DNA of 64,000 nt from NCBI GenBank assembly GCA_016180525.1, contig JACPBB010000001.1, positions 169,180 through 233,179 on the forward strand, in the 5' to 3' direction. The stretch is from Parcubacteria group bacterium. GTDB lineage: Bacteria > Patescibacteriota > Minisyncoccia > Phycocordibacterales > UBA2135. Positions 45,529 to 55,821 of this stretch are shown here, piece by piece (the stretch's first letter is position 1; every line of letters starts with the position of its first letter). The translations under genes and the position numbers were made by a program. Below the pieces are notes generated by a model that was not told the origin of the DNA, made no database searches, and was given only the letters and a program-made list of their open reading frames with translations.

Positions 45529-46536
45529 CTACTTAAGATAGCGGGCTTTTTTTGCAACATGTTCGTGAAATGTGCGGCTGTAATAAATATTTCCTTCTTT
45601 GTCAGAGAGATAGTAGAAGTATGGTGACTCTATGGGGGTAAGGGCCGCGCGAATGGAATCAAGTCCGGGGTTTGCAATCGGCCCTACGGGCAACCCCTTA
45701 TATTTATATGTGTTATACGGGGAATCAATTTGTAAATCCTCTGTGGTAAGTGTATATGTGTTTTTGTCGATAATATATTCAAACACCGCATCAACCTGAA
45801 GTGGCATATCAAGTTCTAGCCGCTTCCATAAAATACCGGCAATAGTGCGACGCGTCTCCATGGTTCGCGCCTCTTTTTCCAAAAGGGATGCCATAATGAT
45901 TATATCTTTGAGACTTTTTCCTGACTGAAGAAGATTTTGTTCCACTGCTTTAATTTTTTCATCAAAATTTTCTCTTAATGTCCGATACGCTTTCAATTCT
46001 CCGTCGTTTGGAAAAAACTTGTATGTATCGGGGAATAAATATCCTTCATCTTTTTTTGCAATACGTATAAAAACATCTTTATTAAAGGCAGTGAGGTGTG
46101 TTGCGAAAATATCGGCCATTCCTACAACCGTTGTCCCCTCCGGAATAACAATTGAAACAGGAATGATTCTGAAGTCAGCCGAAGTGATTCTTCTTGCGAT
46201 ACTCCACGCGCTTTCTGGTTTTTTAAAGAGATATTCCCCATGCCGCACCCCACCCTCCCCTTCAAGTGTTATGACTATAATTTCAAACAGTGTTTGCGAT
46301 TTAATTAATCCTCTGTCATATAGCTTTTTTGAAACCTGTGAAAGCGTGAGGCCTTCTTCAACAGTAAAACGAGTATCGGCTCCAAAAGACACGGGCGGGC
46401 TTACAAAAATAAAATATAAAACAATAATTATTATTGCGAACAAAAGAAGTAGCTGCCAAATAATGGGGTATCGTTTTAATATCCGAACAGTAGCTATGTC
46501 TTTTTTTTCTAGCCAGGAAATAATATCTGGGGGCAT
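45529..46536 (-). CDS. mltG: endolytic murein transglycosylase
   Basis: YceG-family signature …YKGLPVGPIANPGLDSIRAALTP…YFYYLSDKEGN… and an N-terminal TM anchor. Confidence 0.85.
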   Translation of the reverse strand: MPPDIISWLEKKDIATVRILKRYPIIWQLLLLFAIIIIVLYFIFVSPPVSFGADTRFTVEEGLTLSQVSKKLYDRGLIKSQTLFEIIVITLEGEGGVRHGEYLFKKPESAWSIARRITSADFRIIPVSIVIPEGTTVVGMADIFATHLTAFNKDVFIRIAKKDEGYLFPDTYKFFPNDGELKAYRTLRENFDEKIKAVEQNLLQSGKSLKDIIIMASLLEKEARTMETRRTIAGILWKRLELDMPLQVDAVFEYIIDKNTYTLTTEDLQIDSPYNTYKYKGLPVGPIANPGLDSIRAALTPIESPYFYYLSDKEGNIYYSRTFHEHVAKKARYLK

Positions 46537-46538
46537 AA

Positions 46539-47831
46539 TTATACGGGAAGATTCGCTGGAGGCTCTGCTTTTTGTGATTCAATTCGTTTGAAAGTCGGCG
46601 TTTCGGAAACTTGACCCGGAAAGTGATAAATAGTTGCAAGTTCTTCTGTATTTAAAACATACGGTTGCCGTTCATACGGGGGGAAAAACCATGAGCGCCT
46701 TCGATATGCGTCAAAAAATTTCCATTTTTTATATAGCAAGCGTCTTCCTTTAGGTGAAAAAAACGGAACCTGAGTTGGCGGATCAAAAAAAGGAATATTT
46801 ATATATTTCTGCCAAGGATAATCATAAGCAGCATAATCTCGTGGTTTAAAGCCGTTTAAATCATTTGAACTGTATTGCTTCATCGTTCCGAATAATCCGG
46901 CAACGTTTGCAGGATTGTATATACTTTTCTTCGCAAGATACAGCCCTCTGATACCACAATCAAGCCCGTGTTTTCCCGTGCTTCTGTCTATGGCCTTAAT
47001 AACATTTCGCTCGCCCTCCGTAAGCATTGAGAACCGAAAATCACTTGTCGCATCTTCAGGAAGCGGACCAGAACGTTCTTTTGCCTCATCCATAATTTTT
47101 TTAGTAAGCTCCTTTCCTTCTTCTTGCCAATTACGTTTACGCCACATTGTTGTAAAATCTTTTTCTCCCTTATTGGCGCGAACAAGAATTTGCACCCACG
47201 CCTGCTCTCCACGCCCCAAATCCCCGAGCCATTCAATAACCGAAAGCATCGGGTCAACCTTGAATTCCTCTTTCGGATCTTTTTCAAGACCATAATCAAC
47301 ATATGTTTTTATTGGATATGGATCGGGCTTGGTTAACTTCCATTCAACAGCAAAAAGATCCCAATCGGAACCTTCTTTTGCGTAGGGAACATCAGCGGTA
47401 TAGTCGGAAACTTCTTTAATTTCCGCTGTTGGATATTGTGAATATATCTGGGTTTCAATAAACTTTTTATACCCCTCACGAGTCCATATTAAAAAACGAA
47501 CATCGCCTTCAACGGAAATCATTTCAAGCGAAAAATCAGCGCGTACTTTTCCTAAAATATATCGGTCATACCAGTTTGACTCCCCGATAGTTTGATGAAA
47601 CGTTCCGAGCACAATTTCCATCGCAAGGGGTGATTTCGGAACATCCCGTGGAACTTTTATCTGGAGTAAAATATATTTTTGTTTGGCGAAAAATTGCTCC
47701 CTCCGAGCAAGCACCCACAGATGCCGAAAAATAAAAACAAGAACTACCGGGAGCGCGTAAATAAAAAATGAAGACGCGTACGCTACAAAAAATGTAAAAT
47801 TTTCTCCTAAAAAATTAAGGGATGCTTCCAT
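46539..47831 (-). CDS. hypothetical membrane-anchored protein (430 aa), translationally coupled to mltG
   Basis: Its stop abuts the mltG start; N-terminal TM helix; no recognised family. Confidence 0.5.
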   Translation of the reverse strand: MEASLNFLGENFTFFVAYASSFFIYALPVVLVFIFRHLWVLARREQFFAKQKYILLQIKVPRDVPKSPLAMEIVLGTFHQTIGESNWYDRYILGKVRADFSLEMISVEGDVRFLIWTREGYKKFIETQIYSQYPTAEIKEVSDYTADVPYAKEGSDWDLFAVEWKLTKPDPYPIKTYVDYGLEKDPKEEFKVDPMLSVIEWLGDLGRGEQAWVQILVRANKGEKDFTTMWRKRNWQEEGKELTKKIMDEAKERSGPLPEDATSDFRFSMLTEGERNVIKAIDRSTGKHGLDCGIRGLYLAKKSIYNPANVAGLFGTMKQYSSNDLNGFKPRDYAAYDYPWQKYINIPFFDPPTQVPFFSPKGRRLLYKKWKFFDAYRRRSWFFPPYERQPYVLNTEELATIYHFPGQVSETPTFKRIESQKAEPPANLPV

Positions 47832-47862
47832 TGTTTAAATATACCGTAAAAGGATATTATTG

Positions 47863-47900
47863 AAAACCCAGCCCCGCCGAGGGGCGGGGCTGGGTTTTTT
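47863..47900. terminator. Very strong bidirectional terminator (16-bp perfect GC-rich stem AAAACCCAGCCCCGCC-GAGG-GGCGGGGCTGGGTTTT)
   Basis: Read directly. Confidence 0.85.
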
Positions 47901-47907
47901 GAAATCT

Positions 47908-48945
47908 TTACGCAACTGTATACATATCGTTATCGTCTTTTTTGAAATACTTTTTGTTCTGTAGATTAACTAAAACAGTGTTTTCTTTCACGTATCGTTC
48001 TTTAAGCACTTTTTCAACGAGATCATCTTTGTGAAGCGAGCCATGCTCTTGTAAAATATCCCGAATTACATCTCGCACAATTCCGTTTGTGTACCCCCAT
48101 TCAGCAAGACCATAAATGCCACGGCCTACAAGCACGAATCGGTCTTTGTCTTTTATAAGTTCATTGTGACAAGTGGCAGTGTGCGCTGATTTTCCAAAAA
48201 GTTTTGTGATTTCTTTGGCAACTTCAGTAAAGTGAAGTGGTGAGCCGTGTCGTCTAATGACCAGATACGCGTAGTCCCGTGCACCACGAGCTCGAATATT
48301 CGGGGAAGACGCAAGCCCCCATTCTCCAAGAGGATTCCTCTGGATCACTTTTGAAATATTGAGCCAACGCCGAAGGGTTTCTTCGTCTTTTCTGTGACGT
48401 TCTTCAACCTCTTTCAGCCGGCTTACGAACATGTCAATAATTTCATTTTCAGCAACAAGATCGTCTTCTTTTAAATTTTTATATAAATCATGGAGTGCCC
48501 GATGAACATGCTGACTTGTCTCTTCATTCTGTACCCAGCGATGTTTAAAATGAGCGTCTTCCCGCTTTTTCTCAAATGGCTCACCAAGCACTAGCAAAAG
48601 ATGGAAATGATTTTGAAGTCCTCTATTTTCTGGAGCAAGGTGCTCAAGCAAATCTTCTTCGGCAACAACGCCTCCAAGCGCGTCAAGCAGATTATGAAGC
48701 TCGGTAAAAGCGTCTTGCTCATTTTTATACGCATCTGATTTCCGAATGCTGTTTAAAGCAAAATTTTCTATTTGGCGAACCCTCTCCCGTGTAATATTGT
48801 ATGTATCTCCGATTGACTCAAGGGTTCTTTTCTTTGGGTCTTTACCCAATCCGAAACGACTCTCTACAACGTCTTGTGCCCGCTCGGGCAACACCAAAAG
48901 TAGGTTTTTGGTGACTTGTTTAGGCTTAAAAGTAAGCGTTTTCAT
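47908..48945 (-). CDS. sigma-70 region-4-like HTH domain protein (putative transcription factor)
   Basis: N-terminal …LPERAQDVVESRFGL…LESIGDTYNITRERVRQIENFALNSI… matches sigma-70 region 4.2. The remaining about 260 aa are unassigned. Confidence 0.55.
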   Translation of the reverse strand: MKTLTFKPKQVTKNLLLVLPERAQDVVESRFGLGKDPKKRTLESIGDTYNITRERVRQIENFALNSIRKSDAYKNEQDAFTELHNLLDALGGVVAEEDLLEHLAPENRGLQNHFHLLLVLGEPFEKKREDAHFKHRWVQNEETSQHVHRALHDLYKNLKEDDLVAENEIIDMFVSRLKEVEERHRKDEETLRRWLNISKVIQRNPLGEWGLASSPNIRARGARDYAYLVIRRHGSPLHFTEVAKEITKLFGKSAHTATCHNELIKDKDRFVLVGRGIYGLAEWGYTNGIVRDVIRDILQEHGSLHKDDLVEKVLKERYVKENTVLVNLQNKKYFKKDDNDMYTVA

Positions 48946-49061
48946 GATTGTTTATATTTTTAGCACCTATAGGTTTTATAGTCAAGTCCTATGAGTGTTT
49001 TAGTAAAAATACCCCGTTGATGTATATTATGCAAATAATCGTTATCGTGTCAAGCGCTCAG

Positions 49062-51863
49062 CTACTCATGCTTTCTTTTTGTCACAATGCTGACCAGTTT
49101 CCCCTGTACATATAATATCTTTTGTATATCCTTACCCTCTACCCATCTCAAAACTTTGTCAAGTACCTGTGCCTTTTTCTTAATTTCTTCTTCAGTCGTT
49201 TCTTTTGAGATAGTAAATTCATCTCTTACCTTTCCATCCACTTGCACAACAATGGTCATCGTCGCTTTCTCCATTTTTTTCTCGTCATATGGTGGCCATG
49301 TTTCGGTATGAATGGAAGATGTGTGAAGAAGCCCCTTCCACAACTCTTCGGTAACATGCGGCGCAAACGGAGCAAGCAGGCATAATAGCAACTCATACTG
49401 TGTTTTTAAAATTACAGGTTCTTTTTCTAGCGCATTTGCAAAAATCATAAGCGCGGAGACGGCGGTATTAAATTTAAAATTTTCTATATCTTCTCCCACT
49501 TTTTTAATTGTCTGATGAGTGAGTGTTTCCAGTTCCGGATTCAGTGTATCATTTTCTGTCTTGGCAATTTTTTCTTGCAGTTTCCACACACGTTCAAGAA
49601 ATCTTCGCGTACCCGCGATACCTCCCGTGTCCCACGGATAGTGTCCGACGGTATTGTACGGGCCGATGAAGGCAAGGTAGAGACGCACGGAATCTGCCCC
49701 AACCATCTTTACTTGAGTGTCCGGATCAATCACGTTTCCCCAACGCTTACTCATTTTGCGTCCGTCAGTTCCTAAAATAATTCCGCGGTTCATTCGTGAA
49801 AGATACGGTTCTTTTTCTGTCACAATTCCCAGATCAAAAAGTGCTTTGTGGAAAAAACGGGAATACAACAAATGCATTGTCGTATGCTCCGCTCCGCCCG
49901 AATAACGCTTCACCGGCATCCATTGTTTGAGAAGCTTTTTTGAAGCCGGTTCTTTGTCGTTTTTGGGGTCCGTATAGCGCAAAAAGTACCATGAAGAATC
50001 TATAAACGTATCCATAGTGTCATATTCAGAACGCCAGCCTTTTCCGAATATCTTTTCCGTCCTTTTTTTAAGCTCTTTTGAAGACGCGAGCGGCGGCTCC
50101 CCCGTAGGGGTAAAATCAACGTCTGTGGGCAATGTCCATGGCAAGTGCTCCTCTGGAATAGGGTACGCTTTTCCATTTGGGTCATAGACAATAGGTATGG
50201 GACAGCCCCAATATCTCTGGCGGGAGATAAGCCAGTCACGGAGTTTATACGTCGTCTCTTTTTTCCCTTTAACAAACGCTGTTATTTTTTCTTTTGCTTC
50301 CTCGCTTTCCATACCATCAAATTTTCCTGAATTAATCATTGTTCCTTCACCGATAAATAAACGGGTTCCTAAAAGATAAGCGTTGATCGCATCTTTCACC
50401 CTAGGATTCATTCTAGGATGTACAATTGCTTCTTCAAGTGTCAGGGGTACAATTGCTTTTCCTTCGTGCAGGCGAAGTGAGCTCTCATCAATATCACGAA
50501 TATGAGCCGCCCAAATATGGCGATCCGATTCATTCGCCTCAAATGCGCATGTAGAAACTATTTTCTGCTCTCCTAATTTAAGTTCCAGTTCTTCTTCTAG
50601 TTCTCGTGCAAGACTTTGTAAAAAAATAGTTTCTCCCACTTCAATGGCGCCACCAAAGAGCCCTATGCCTCCAGGATTCGTGGGCATACCCTTATCTCTC
50701 TGTTGAAATAGAAACGTCCCAGGACGTTGCTTCGATTCCAAAAATGCCACTACGTGAGTTACTGGTTTTTGTGCCACAACGGTACGAACTGGTAATTTAT
50801 TTTTTTTTGCAAACGCAAAATCACGTTCATCATGCGCAGGTACTGCCATAATCGCTCCCGTTCCATACCCACCGAGAACGTAGTCGGCAACCCATATCGG
50901 AATCTCCTCATTGTTGGCGGGATTTATTGCTTTTATTCCCTTGAGCTCAACTCCTGTCTTTTCTCCCTTTTCAGCAATTCTATCTATATCTTTTTTTGCC
51001 AAAGCATGTTTTATATAACGCTCTACTTCGTTCCAATTTGAAATCTGCAATCTTAAATCTGAAATTATCTTGTGCTCTGGCGCCAATACTAAATATGTTG
51101 CCCCAAATAAAGTATCCGGCCGTGTTGTAAATACCTCAATTTGAAATTTGAGACTTGAGATTTGAAATTTAATCAGAGCACCTTCGCTCTTCCCAATCCA
51201 CGCGCGCTGGGATTGCTTGATTTCTTCCAGCCAGGAAAGTTCCCCGAGGTCTTTAAGAAGCCGTTCGGCATAATCGGTGATTTTTAAAAACCACTGCTCA
51301 AGCTCTTTTTTTTCAACGACTGCTCCGGAGCGCTCTGCTGTTCCATCAGGAAGCACTTGTTCGTTCGCGAGCACCGTTTTATCAATCGGGTCCCAGTTTA
51401 CGACCGCTTTTCCGCGGTACGCAAGTCCTTTCTTATATAGTTGTAAAAAAAGCCACTGTGTCCATTTATAATATTCTGGATCTGACGTAATAACCTGCCG
51501 AGACCAGTCAAACGAAGCACCGATGCTTTTTAACTGTTCCGTCATCCGTGAAATATTCTCGTACGTCCATTTCTTCGGGTCTACTTTGTTTTTTATCGCC
51601 GCGTTTTCCGCAGGCAGACCAAACGCGTCAAATCCGATGGGGAAAAGGACGTTATGCCCTTGCATCCGCTTATAGCGGGCAAAAATATCAGGCACTGCAA
51701 AAGCATACCAGTGGCCGATATGGAGGTTCCCTGACGGGTACGGAAACTCTACAAGTGTGTAGTAATTTTCTTTTTTAGCCGCCGTATCAGGTGTTTTATA
51801 GAGCCCGTCTTTCTCCCACTGTTTTTGCCATTTTTTTTCTATTTTGTGGTTATATTTCTGCAT
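49062..51863 (-). CDS. leuS: leucyl-tRNA synthetase with inserted Nudix hydrolase domain
   Basis: HIGH (…PYPSGNLHIGH…), KMSKS (…KMSKRWGN…) and the editing-domain …AVPAHDERDFAFAKK…. Between …KLPVRTVV… and …GTMINSGKFDG… lies about 145 aa with a Nudix box (GGAIEVGETIFLQSLARELEEELEL), absent from canonical LeuRS. Confidence 0.9.
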   Translation of the reverse strand: MQKYNHKIEKKWQKQWEKDGLYKTPDTAAKKENYYTLVEFPYPSGNLHIGHWYAFAVPDIFARYKRMQGHNVLFPIGFDAFGLPAENAAIKNKVDPKKWTYENISRMTEQLKSIGASFDWSRQVITSDPEYYKWTQWLFLQLYKKGLAYRGKAVVNWDPIDKTVLANEQVLPDGTAERSGAVVEKKELEQWFLKITDYAERLLKDLGELSWLEEIKQSQRAWIGKSEGALIKFQISSLKFQIEVFTTRPDTLFGATYLVLAPEHKIISDLRLQISNWNEVERYIKHALAKKDIDRIAEKGEKTGVELKGIKAINPANNEEIPIWVADYVLGGYGTGAIMAVPAHDERDFAFAKKNKLPVRTVVAQKPVTHVVAFLESKQRPGTFLFQQRDKGMPTNPGGIGLFGGAIEVGETIFLQSLARELEEELELKLGEQKIVSTCAFEANESDRHIWAAHIRDIDESSLRLHEGKAIVPLTLEEAIVHPRMNPRVKDAINAYLLGTRLFIGEGTMINSGKFDGMESEEAKEKITAFVKGKKETTYKLRDWLISRQRYWGCPIPIVYDPNGKAYPIPEEHLPWTLPTDVDFTPTGEPPLASSKELKKRTEKIFGKGWRSEYDTMDTFIDSSWYFLRYTDPKNDKEPASKKLLKQWMPVKRYSGGAEHTTMHLLYSRFFHKALFDLGIVTEKEPYLSRMNRGIILGTDGRKMSKRWGNVIDPDTQVKMVGADSVRLYLAFIGPYNTVGHYPWDTGGIAGTRRFLERVWKLQEKIAKTENDTLNPELETLTHQTIKKVGEDIENFKFNTAVSALMIFANALEKEPVILKTQYELLLCLLAPFAPHVTEELWKGLLHTSSIHTETWPPYDEKKMEKATMTIVVQVDGKVRDEFTISKETTEEEIKKKAQVLDKVLRWVEGKDIQKILYVQGKLVSIVTKRKHE

Positions 51864-51883
51864 ATTTTATTCTTCAGAAAAAA

Positions 51884-52492
51884 TTAGTTAAGTACGGCAC
51901 CCAGATTACTTCGCATATTCTCAAACATTTTTTTATGGCCAATACTATTTGGATGAATGCCGTCAATTAAATCATTTTTTGAAAGAAGATTAAAAATTGA
52001 GATAAAAGTTATTTCCTTCGCATGACAAAATTCTTTAATCGCAGCATCGTATTGTTTTATGTTTTCATTATGATAATAAGCGCCCCATGCAGTAGGAGTT
52101 GTCTTTAATTCATCAACGGGAGTAAGCCCGACAAAAATTATTTTTGGGGTAAACCTTCTAGCTGTTTTAAAGATATTTCCAATATTTTTAACAAACATAG
52201 AAAACGGCACGAGAAATGTTTCCTTAGTATCAATAATTTGCGAGTCATTAATTCCTACTGAAACAATAATTATGTCAGGTTTTCGAGCAGTACATTCTGC
52301 CGGAAGCCGCCCTAAAACATCCTGTGTTGTTTCCCCACGAATACCGAGAGCATATATACGAACATCCAATTCATTATTTGCTTGTAATTCAAAATAATTT
52401 CTTAAGCGAGTCGCCCACCCACCCTTTTGGGCGTCTCCTTGTCCATAGACAATACTATCTCCAAAAATACAAACGTTTATTTTCCCTTTCAT
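51884..52492 (-). CDS. SGNH/GDSL-family hydrolase
   Basis: Block I …VCIFGDSIVYG… and block V …DGIHPN…. Confidence 0.8.
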   Translation of the reverse strand: MKGKINVCIFGDSIVYGQGDAQKGGWATRLRNYFELQANNELDVRIYALGIRGETTQDVLGRLPAECTARKPDIIIVSVGINDSQIIDTKETFLVPFSMFVKNIGNIFKTARRFTPKIIFVGLTPVDELKTTPTAWGAYYHNENIKQYDAAIKEFCHAKEITFISIFNLLSKNDLIDGIHPNSIGHKKMFENMRSNLGAVLN

Positions 52493-52568
52493 TGTATGAT
52501 TATCACGCGGACCGAGCACTCAATGCGTTGAGTGCTTGGTTCTCAAAAATACTGGTCGCTAACGCTCC

Positions 52569-53147
52569 CTAATTTTTGGAAAATTTTTTTACTCCCGCCC
52601 AGAGGAGCGCGACGAGCGCGATACCGAGAATAATAACGCGCAGGTAGTCTTGCATTTCAGACCAGTAGCGGACTGACGCGATAAAGAGCGTAATGACTCC
52701 GCCTGCGGCAAGCGCGGGTGCCACAACCGCAATCGCGCGAAGGAGGAAGCTCGCGACAAGCGTAAGCGTGCCGAGTACTACAAGCGCGATAAATACATTT
52801 CGTTGGTATAGTTTCCACGCTTCATTATAGTCTGCGCTACAGGTAAAATCTTCGTTGCAATATCCTTTTTGTTCCTCTGTAATAACCGGCGGTTCAATAT
52901 ATTGCGCACGTGGAAGTCCTTTTTGAACATAAATGCCCTCAACCCATTGGCCTCCAACAAGGACACACTCATCTTGCGTTTGGGGAATAATGTGAACCTG
53001 CTCTTTGGCACAAAATGTATCATACGTGGGCTGCTCATACACGAGCTGAATACTAAAAATAAAGAACAAGTTAAGAACAATAATAATGGCCGCGGCAAGC
53101 GCGAGTTTCAAAATATTTGCTTTCGTAAAAAAATGGTTTCTTTCCAT
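52569..53147 (-). CDS. hypothetical membrane protein
   Basis: 192 aa, N- and C-terminal TM segments, Cys-containing periplasmic middle. Confidence 0.5.
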   Translation of the reverse strand: MERNHFFTKANILKLALAAAIIIVLNLFFIFSIQLVYEQPTYDTFCAKEQVHIIPQTQDECVLVGGQWVEGIYVQKGLPRAQYIEPPVITEEQKGYCNEDFTCSADYNEAWKLYQRNVFIALVVLGTLTLVASFLLRAIAVVAPALAAGGVITLFIASVRYWSEMQDYLRVIILGIALVALLWAGVKKFSKN

Positions 53148-53282
53148 AATGTTTTAAATATTAATTAACAGGTAGTAATAGAGCAATTATACAACGTACA
53201 TTGTATGAGCGCAAAAGCCACTTGTCATGCTCTTGTGGAGGGAGTAATATGCGGATAGATATATACCGTTGAGGCAAGCGGC

Positions 53283-53471
53283 ATGATAGAAAGTAATCCG
53301 TCAGCTCTTCATCCACTAAAATCTCGTGATAGTTGGAGACTTTTCTGGATTGGTTTTGCGGGCGGTATTATGCTCACGCCATTCATACTTTTATTCGGAG
53401 CGTCATGGATTGTTATTGAACTACTCGAGTCCCTCCTTGTTTTTATACAACTTATTTCAGCCATTTTGTAA
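53283..53471 (+). CDS. possible small membrane protein
   Basis: 62-aa hydrophobic ORF followed by a terminator. Confidence 0.25.
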   Translation: MIESNPSALHPLKSRDSWRLFWIGFAGGIMLTPFILLFGASWIVIELLESLLVFIQLISAIL

Positions 53472-53504
53472 AACCCCAAAACTTACATTGGGGTTTTAAA
53501 TTTT
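53470..53504. terminator. Bidirectional terminator (AAAACCCC-loop-GGGGTTTT)
   Basis: Lies between the 53471 stop and the ychF stop. Confidence 0.65.
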
Positions 53505-54566
53505 AAATTCAATTACGTCACCGTCTTTGACTATATATTCCTTACCTTCAGTACGCACAAGTCCCTTTTCACGCGCTTTTGCGTAAGAGCCGACTTCCAG
53601 CAGGTCACTGCATCCAATTACTTCGGCGCGGATAAATTTGTCTTTGAAATCGGTGTGAATGGCGGCGCCCGCCTCCGGTGCGGACGAGCCTCGCTTAATA
53701 GTCCACCCCCGCGTTTCATCCTCGCCTGTCGTAAAAAAAGTTATAAGGTCAAGAATCTGGTATCCTTTTTTAATAATCATCTCTATTCCCACTTCTGCCA
53801 TTCCCAATTCTTTTCGTATGCCCATGCCCTCCTCCGCGGAAAGATCGTTAAGCTCGCGCTCTGTTTTAATATCAAGTATCGCATACTCTGCTTTTTCTTT
53901 TTCAAAAAAATCAGCCAGTTCTTTTGGCAGTTGCGTCTCGCCTTTGGTATTTAAAATATAGAGGATTGGTTTTGCGGAAAGCAAATGAAGTCCTTTTATA
54001 ATTTTTTGTTCATCCGTATTGTAATCTTCCATTCGCACAAGTTTTCCCGTAGTAAGCATGGCTTCAATTTTTTTTAAAACATCATACTCTTTTGCTGTTT
54101 TTTCATCCCCTCGTTTTAATTCTTTTTGAATGTTGTTAATTCGTTTTGTTACTGTTTCCAAGTCGGCAAGAATAAGCTCTAAGTTTATAACCTCAATGTC
54201 ATGAAGCGGATTAATGGCATTATGCACATGAATAATATCTTTGTCCTCAAACACTCGCACGACTTCGGCTATCGCCTCCACCTCTCGTATATGAGAGAGA
54301 AATTTATTTCCGAGCCCCTCGCCGAGAGATGCCCCCTTCACAAGCCCCGCAATGTCGGTAAACTGTACGACCGCCGGAATTGTCTTTGCTGATTTTGAAA
54401 AGTCGGTAAGTTTTTGTAGCCGCGAGTCAGGCACGGGAACAATGCCCACAGAAGGGTCAATAGTGCAAAACGGATAATTCTCCGCAGGCACGGATTGTTT
54501 CGTAAGCGCGTTAAATAACGTGGACTTTCCGACATTTGGGAGCCCTACAATTCCAACAGATAACAT
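53496..54566 (-). CDS. ychF: ribosome-binding ATPase YchF
   Basis: G1 GLPNVGKST, …NAINPLHDIE… and a C-terminal TGS domain. Start at MLSVGIVG. Confidence 0.9.
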   Translation of the reverse strand: MLSVGIVGLPNVGKSTLFNALTKQSVPAENYPFCTIDPSVGIVPVPDSRLQKLTDFSKSAKTIPAVVQFTDIAGLVKGASLGEGLGNKFLSHIREVEAIAEVVRVFEDKDIIHVHNAINPLHDIEVINLELILADLETVTKRINNIQKELKRGDEKTAKEYDVLKKIEAMLTTGKLVRMEDYNTDEQKIIKGLHLLSAKPILYILNTKGETQLPKELADFFEKEKAEYAILDIKTERELNDLSAEEGMGIRKELGMAEVGIEMIIKKGYQILDLITFFTTGEDETRGWTIKRGSSAPEAGAAIHTDFKDKFIRAEVIGCSDLLEVGSYAKAREKGLVRTEGKEYIVKDGDVIEFKI

Positions 54567-54699
54567 GGAGAGACTGTAGCACAAAAAATTACTTTAGAAA
54601 AACTTAAAAAGAAGGTCTTATTTTAAAATTGACATAATTAATTCTTAATGTTAAAATAAAATTAGTATTTGAAACCACAGAGATACGGAGCACGTGAAA

Positions 54700-55692
54700 A
54701 TGAAAACAGTCACAATACTCCCCGGAGACGGCATTGGCCCTGAGGTTGTCTCAGCAACGCTTAGAGTGCTTGAGGCACTTGATATCGGACTCTCGTTTGA
54801 AATTCATGATTTTGGCGAAGCAGTAGGCGGAGTGTTGCCAGAGACGGTCCTTGAGTCAATCAGGCGCAACAAGGTCGCGCTTAAAGGTCCAACCATGACA
54901 CCCTCCGGAGGAGGATACACAAGTGTAAACGTAAGACTTCGGCAGGAACTTGAATTGTACGCAAATGTTCGACCCTTTGCGTCCATGCCGAACGTACGGA
55001 CACGCTGGAGCGATGTGCCCCTTGACCTTATCGTCGTTCGTGAAAACACCGAGGGTGAATACGCGGTGAAAGAAGAGAAGCGGGAAGGCCGCGTCGTCGC
55101 GACATTTGAATTTACCAATAAGGGCTGTAGCCGCATTGCCGAATTCACTTTTAAATATGCCGATAGGCTGGGAAGGAAAAAGGTCTGCGTAAGCCACAAA
55201 GCGAATATTATTAAACTCTCTCACGGTATGTTCCGTGACGCGGCATATAAAGCCGCGCAGAAATATCCGCACATTGCCTGCACGGATCTCATTATTGATA
55301 ATTACGGAATGCAGCTGGTACGCAATCCATCACAGTTTGACGTAATGCTTCATACAAATTTGTTTGGAGACATTTTCTCCGATGTCTGCGCGGGGCTTGT
55401 GCACGGCTCACTCGGATTTGCCTCTGGCGCAAATATTGGAGATGAGTACGCGGTGTTTGAAGCGGTACACGGAACAGCTCCGGATATTGCCGGCAAAGGT
55501 GTCGCAAACCCCGCCGCGCTCATGCTTTCGTCTGTCCTCATGCTTGAGCACCTCGGTATGAAAGATGCCGCCCTTTCTGTGCGCAATGGAATCATGAAAA
55601 CGCTAGAAGACGGGATCGTAACAAAAGACGTAGATCGCGCCGCTGGAGTTACTACCAATGAGTGGACAAACGCCGTTATCACACGAATGTAA
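54700..55692 (+). CDS. icd: isocitrate/homoisocitrate dehydrogenase family (beta-decarboxylating dehydrogenase)
   Basis: …KGPTMTPSGGGYTSVNVRLRQELELYANVRP… resembles the IDH substrate-binding segment; the metal site is …NLFGDIFSD…. GC is visibly higher than neighbours. Confidence 0.8.
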   Translation: MKTVTILPGDGIGPEVVSATLRVLEALDIGLSFEIHDFGEAVGGVLPETVLESIRRNKVALKGPTMTPSGGGYTSVNVRLRQELELYANVRPFASMPNVRTRWSDVPLDLIVVRENTEGEYAVKEEKREGRVVATFEFTNKGCSRIAEFTFKYADRLGRKKVCVSHKANIIKLSHGMFRDAAYKAAQKYPHIACTDLIIDNYGMQLVRNPSQFDVMLHTNLFGDIFSDVCAGLVHGSLGFASGANIGDEYAVFEAVHGTAPDIAGKGVANPAALMLSSVLMLEHLGMKDAALSVRNGIMKTLEDGIVTKDVDRAAGVTTNEWTNAVITRM

Positions 55693-55821
55693 AAAATTAA
55701 ATAGAACCCTACAACCACACGGAAGAATCGTGTGGTTTTTTGTACGACAAAAAAATTGACTTAGATACTATTTAATGGTAAAATTAATTTAGAACAAATA
55801 AACGGATGGACAGAGAATAAA

